From positions 11,802,567-11,866,566 of the forward strand of contig CM120644.1 in assembly GCA_051362555.1 (NCBI GenBank): DNA of 64,000 bases, written 5' to 3'. The stretch is from Lingula anatina (taxonomy: Eukaryota > Animalia > Brachiopoda). Below, one piece after another: positions 62,901 through 64,000 of this stretch (positions are counted from its first letter, which is position 1; each line of letters starts with the position of its first letter). Made by a program: the position numbers and the translations under genes. Under the pieces are notes generated by a model. The model saw only the letters and a program-made list of their open reading frames with translations, did no database searches and was not told the origin of the DNA.

Positions 62901-64000
62901 GTCGGATATGGCATTTTTCTTCAATTTTGGCCAGGTAGGGATGAAAAATTTTTTTCTTCAATATTGTTTCAGGTAGGTGTGTTTGGTCATTTGTACTGAG
63001 GGTAAAGTACTGGGAGAGTGGTTGTGTCATTATTAAGGAAGAAATAGAGCTAAATCTCGCTCCAACCCCCCCTCTCTCCAAATCCTGTTCTCAGGTGTGC
63101 TTTCTGGCAATCTTTAAACTCAAATTTGGGGCTTTAATGAAGTGATCCGGGGCAGTTTCCACATTTTTTATGAGTGACAGGTGTGGTAAATGGATTTTCC
63201 TCACTTTTTGGAAAAATTAGTGACAGGTCATTTTTGAGTGATTTTGAGTGATTTTCGTAAGGTCCGGATATGGCAGTTTTCTTCAATTTTGGCCAGGTAG
63301 GGATGAAAAATTTTTTTCTTCAATATTGTGTCAGGTAAGTGTGTTTGGTCATTTGTAATAAGGGTAAAGTACTGGAAGAGTGGTTGTGTCATTATTAAGG
63401 AAGAAATAGAGCAAAAACTCTCTCCACCCCCCCTCTCTCCAAATCCTGTTCTCAGGTGTGCTTTTTGACCAATTTTAAAGCTGAAATTGGGGGCTTTAAT
63501 GAAGTGATCCGGGCGCGTTTCCACATTTTTATGAATGACAGGTGTGGTAAATTGATTTTCATCACTTTTTGGAAAAATTGGTGACGGGTCATTTTTGGGT
63601 GATTTTGAGTGATTTTCGTAAGGTCCGGATATGGCAGTTTTCTTCAATTTTGGCCAGGTAGGGATGAAAAATTTTTTTCTTCAATATCGTGTCAGGTAAG
63701 TGTGTTTGGTCATTTGTAGTGAGGGTAAAGTACTGGAAGAGTGGTTGTGTCATTATTAAGGAAGAAATAGAGCAAAAACTCTCTCCACCCCCCCTCTCTC
63801 CAAATCCTGTTCTCAGGTGTGCTTTTTGACGAATTTTAAAGCTGAAATTGGGGGCTTTAATGAAGTGATCCGGGTGCGTTTCCACATTTTTTATGAATGA
63901 CTGGTGTGGTATATTGATTTTCCTCACTTTTTGGAAAAATTGGTGATGGGTCATTTTTGAGTGATTTTGAGTGATTTTCGTAAGGTCCAGATATGGTAGT
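57000..64000. repeat. 7-monomer higher-order repeat (~2533-2534 bp), ~2.75 near-identical copies
   Basis: Identical diagnostic ORF translations recur at 57074/59608/62141, 57528/60062/62595 and 58161/60695/63228. Confidence 0.93.

Larger units (their letters stand above)
14932..64000. repeat. Satellite DNA array, ~362-bp monomer, head-to-tail, roughly 135 copies, continues past the window end
   Basis: Same unit (...ACTGGAAGAGTGGTTGTGTCATTATTAAGGAAGAAATAGAGCAAAAACTCTCTCCA-polyC-TCTCCAAATCCTGTTCTCAGGTGTGC...) recurs every ~361-368 bp; repeated ORF translations have matching offsets. Confidence 0.99.

Noticed and set aside
14918-63954. The many 60-240 aa ORFs in the array as a tandem protein-coding gene family
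   Set aside because: They are translations of one satellite monomer in shifting frames, broken at random by homopolymer length changes, with no recognisable domain.
14932-64000. CRISPR array or rDNA/5S/snRNA/tRNA tandem cluster
   Set aside because: No unique spacers and a eukaryotic context; I see no similarity to 5S rRNA, tRNA or U snRNA motifs in the monomer. An Rfam/Infernal scan would be the definitive test.

Overview
AT-rich eukaryotic (animal, probably invertebrate) genomic DNA in two parts. Bases 1-14.9 kb hold two intron-rich sterol-biosynthesis genes in head-to-head orientation. One is the 5' part (4 coding exons) of a sterol 14-alpha-demethylase, CYP51, on the minus strand, which runs off the left edge. 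The other is a complete lanosterol synthase, LSS (20 coding exons, 2205 nt, 734 aa by manual splicing), on the plus strand. The two ATGs are about 1.33 kb apart, around a short shared promoter with SRE/E-box-like, CCAAT and TATA motifs. About 0.8 kb after the LSS stop, a ~362-bp satellite array begins abruptly (14932) and runs off the right edge (~49 kb, roughly 135 monomers). The array contains a truncated Tc1/mariner fragment, a few deleted or rearranged monomers, and local higher-order repeats (2-, ~10-, 4-, 7-, 6-mer) that end in a near-identical 7-mer (~2533 bp). Almost all ORF-track entries beyond 14.9 kb are satellite translations, not genes. All coordinates were derived by eye and no searches were run.
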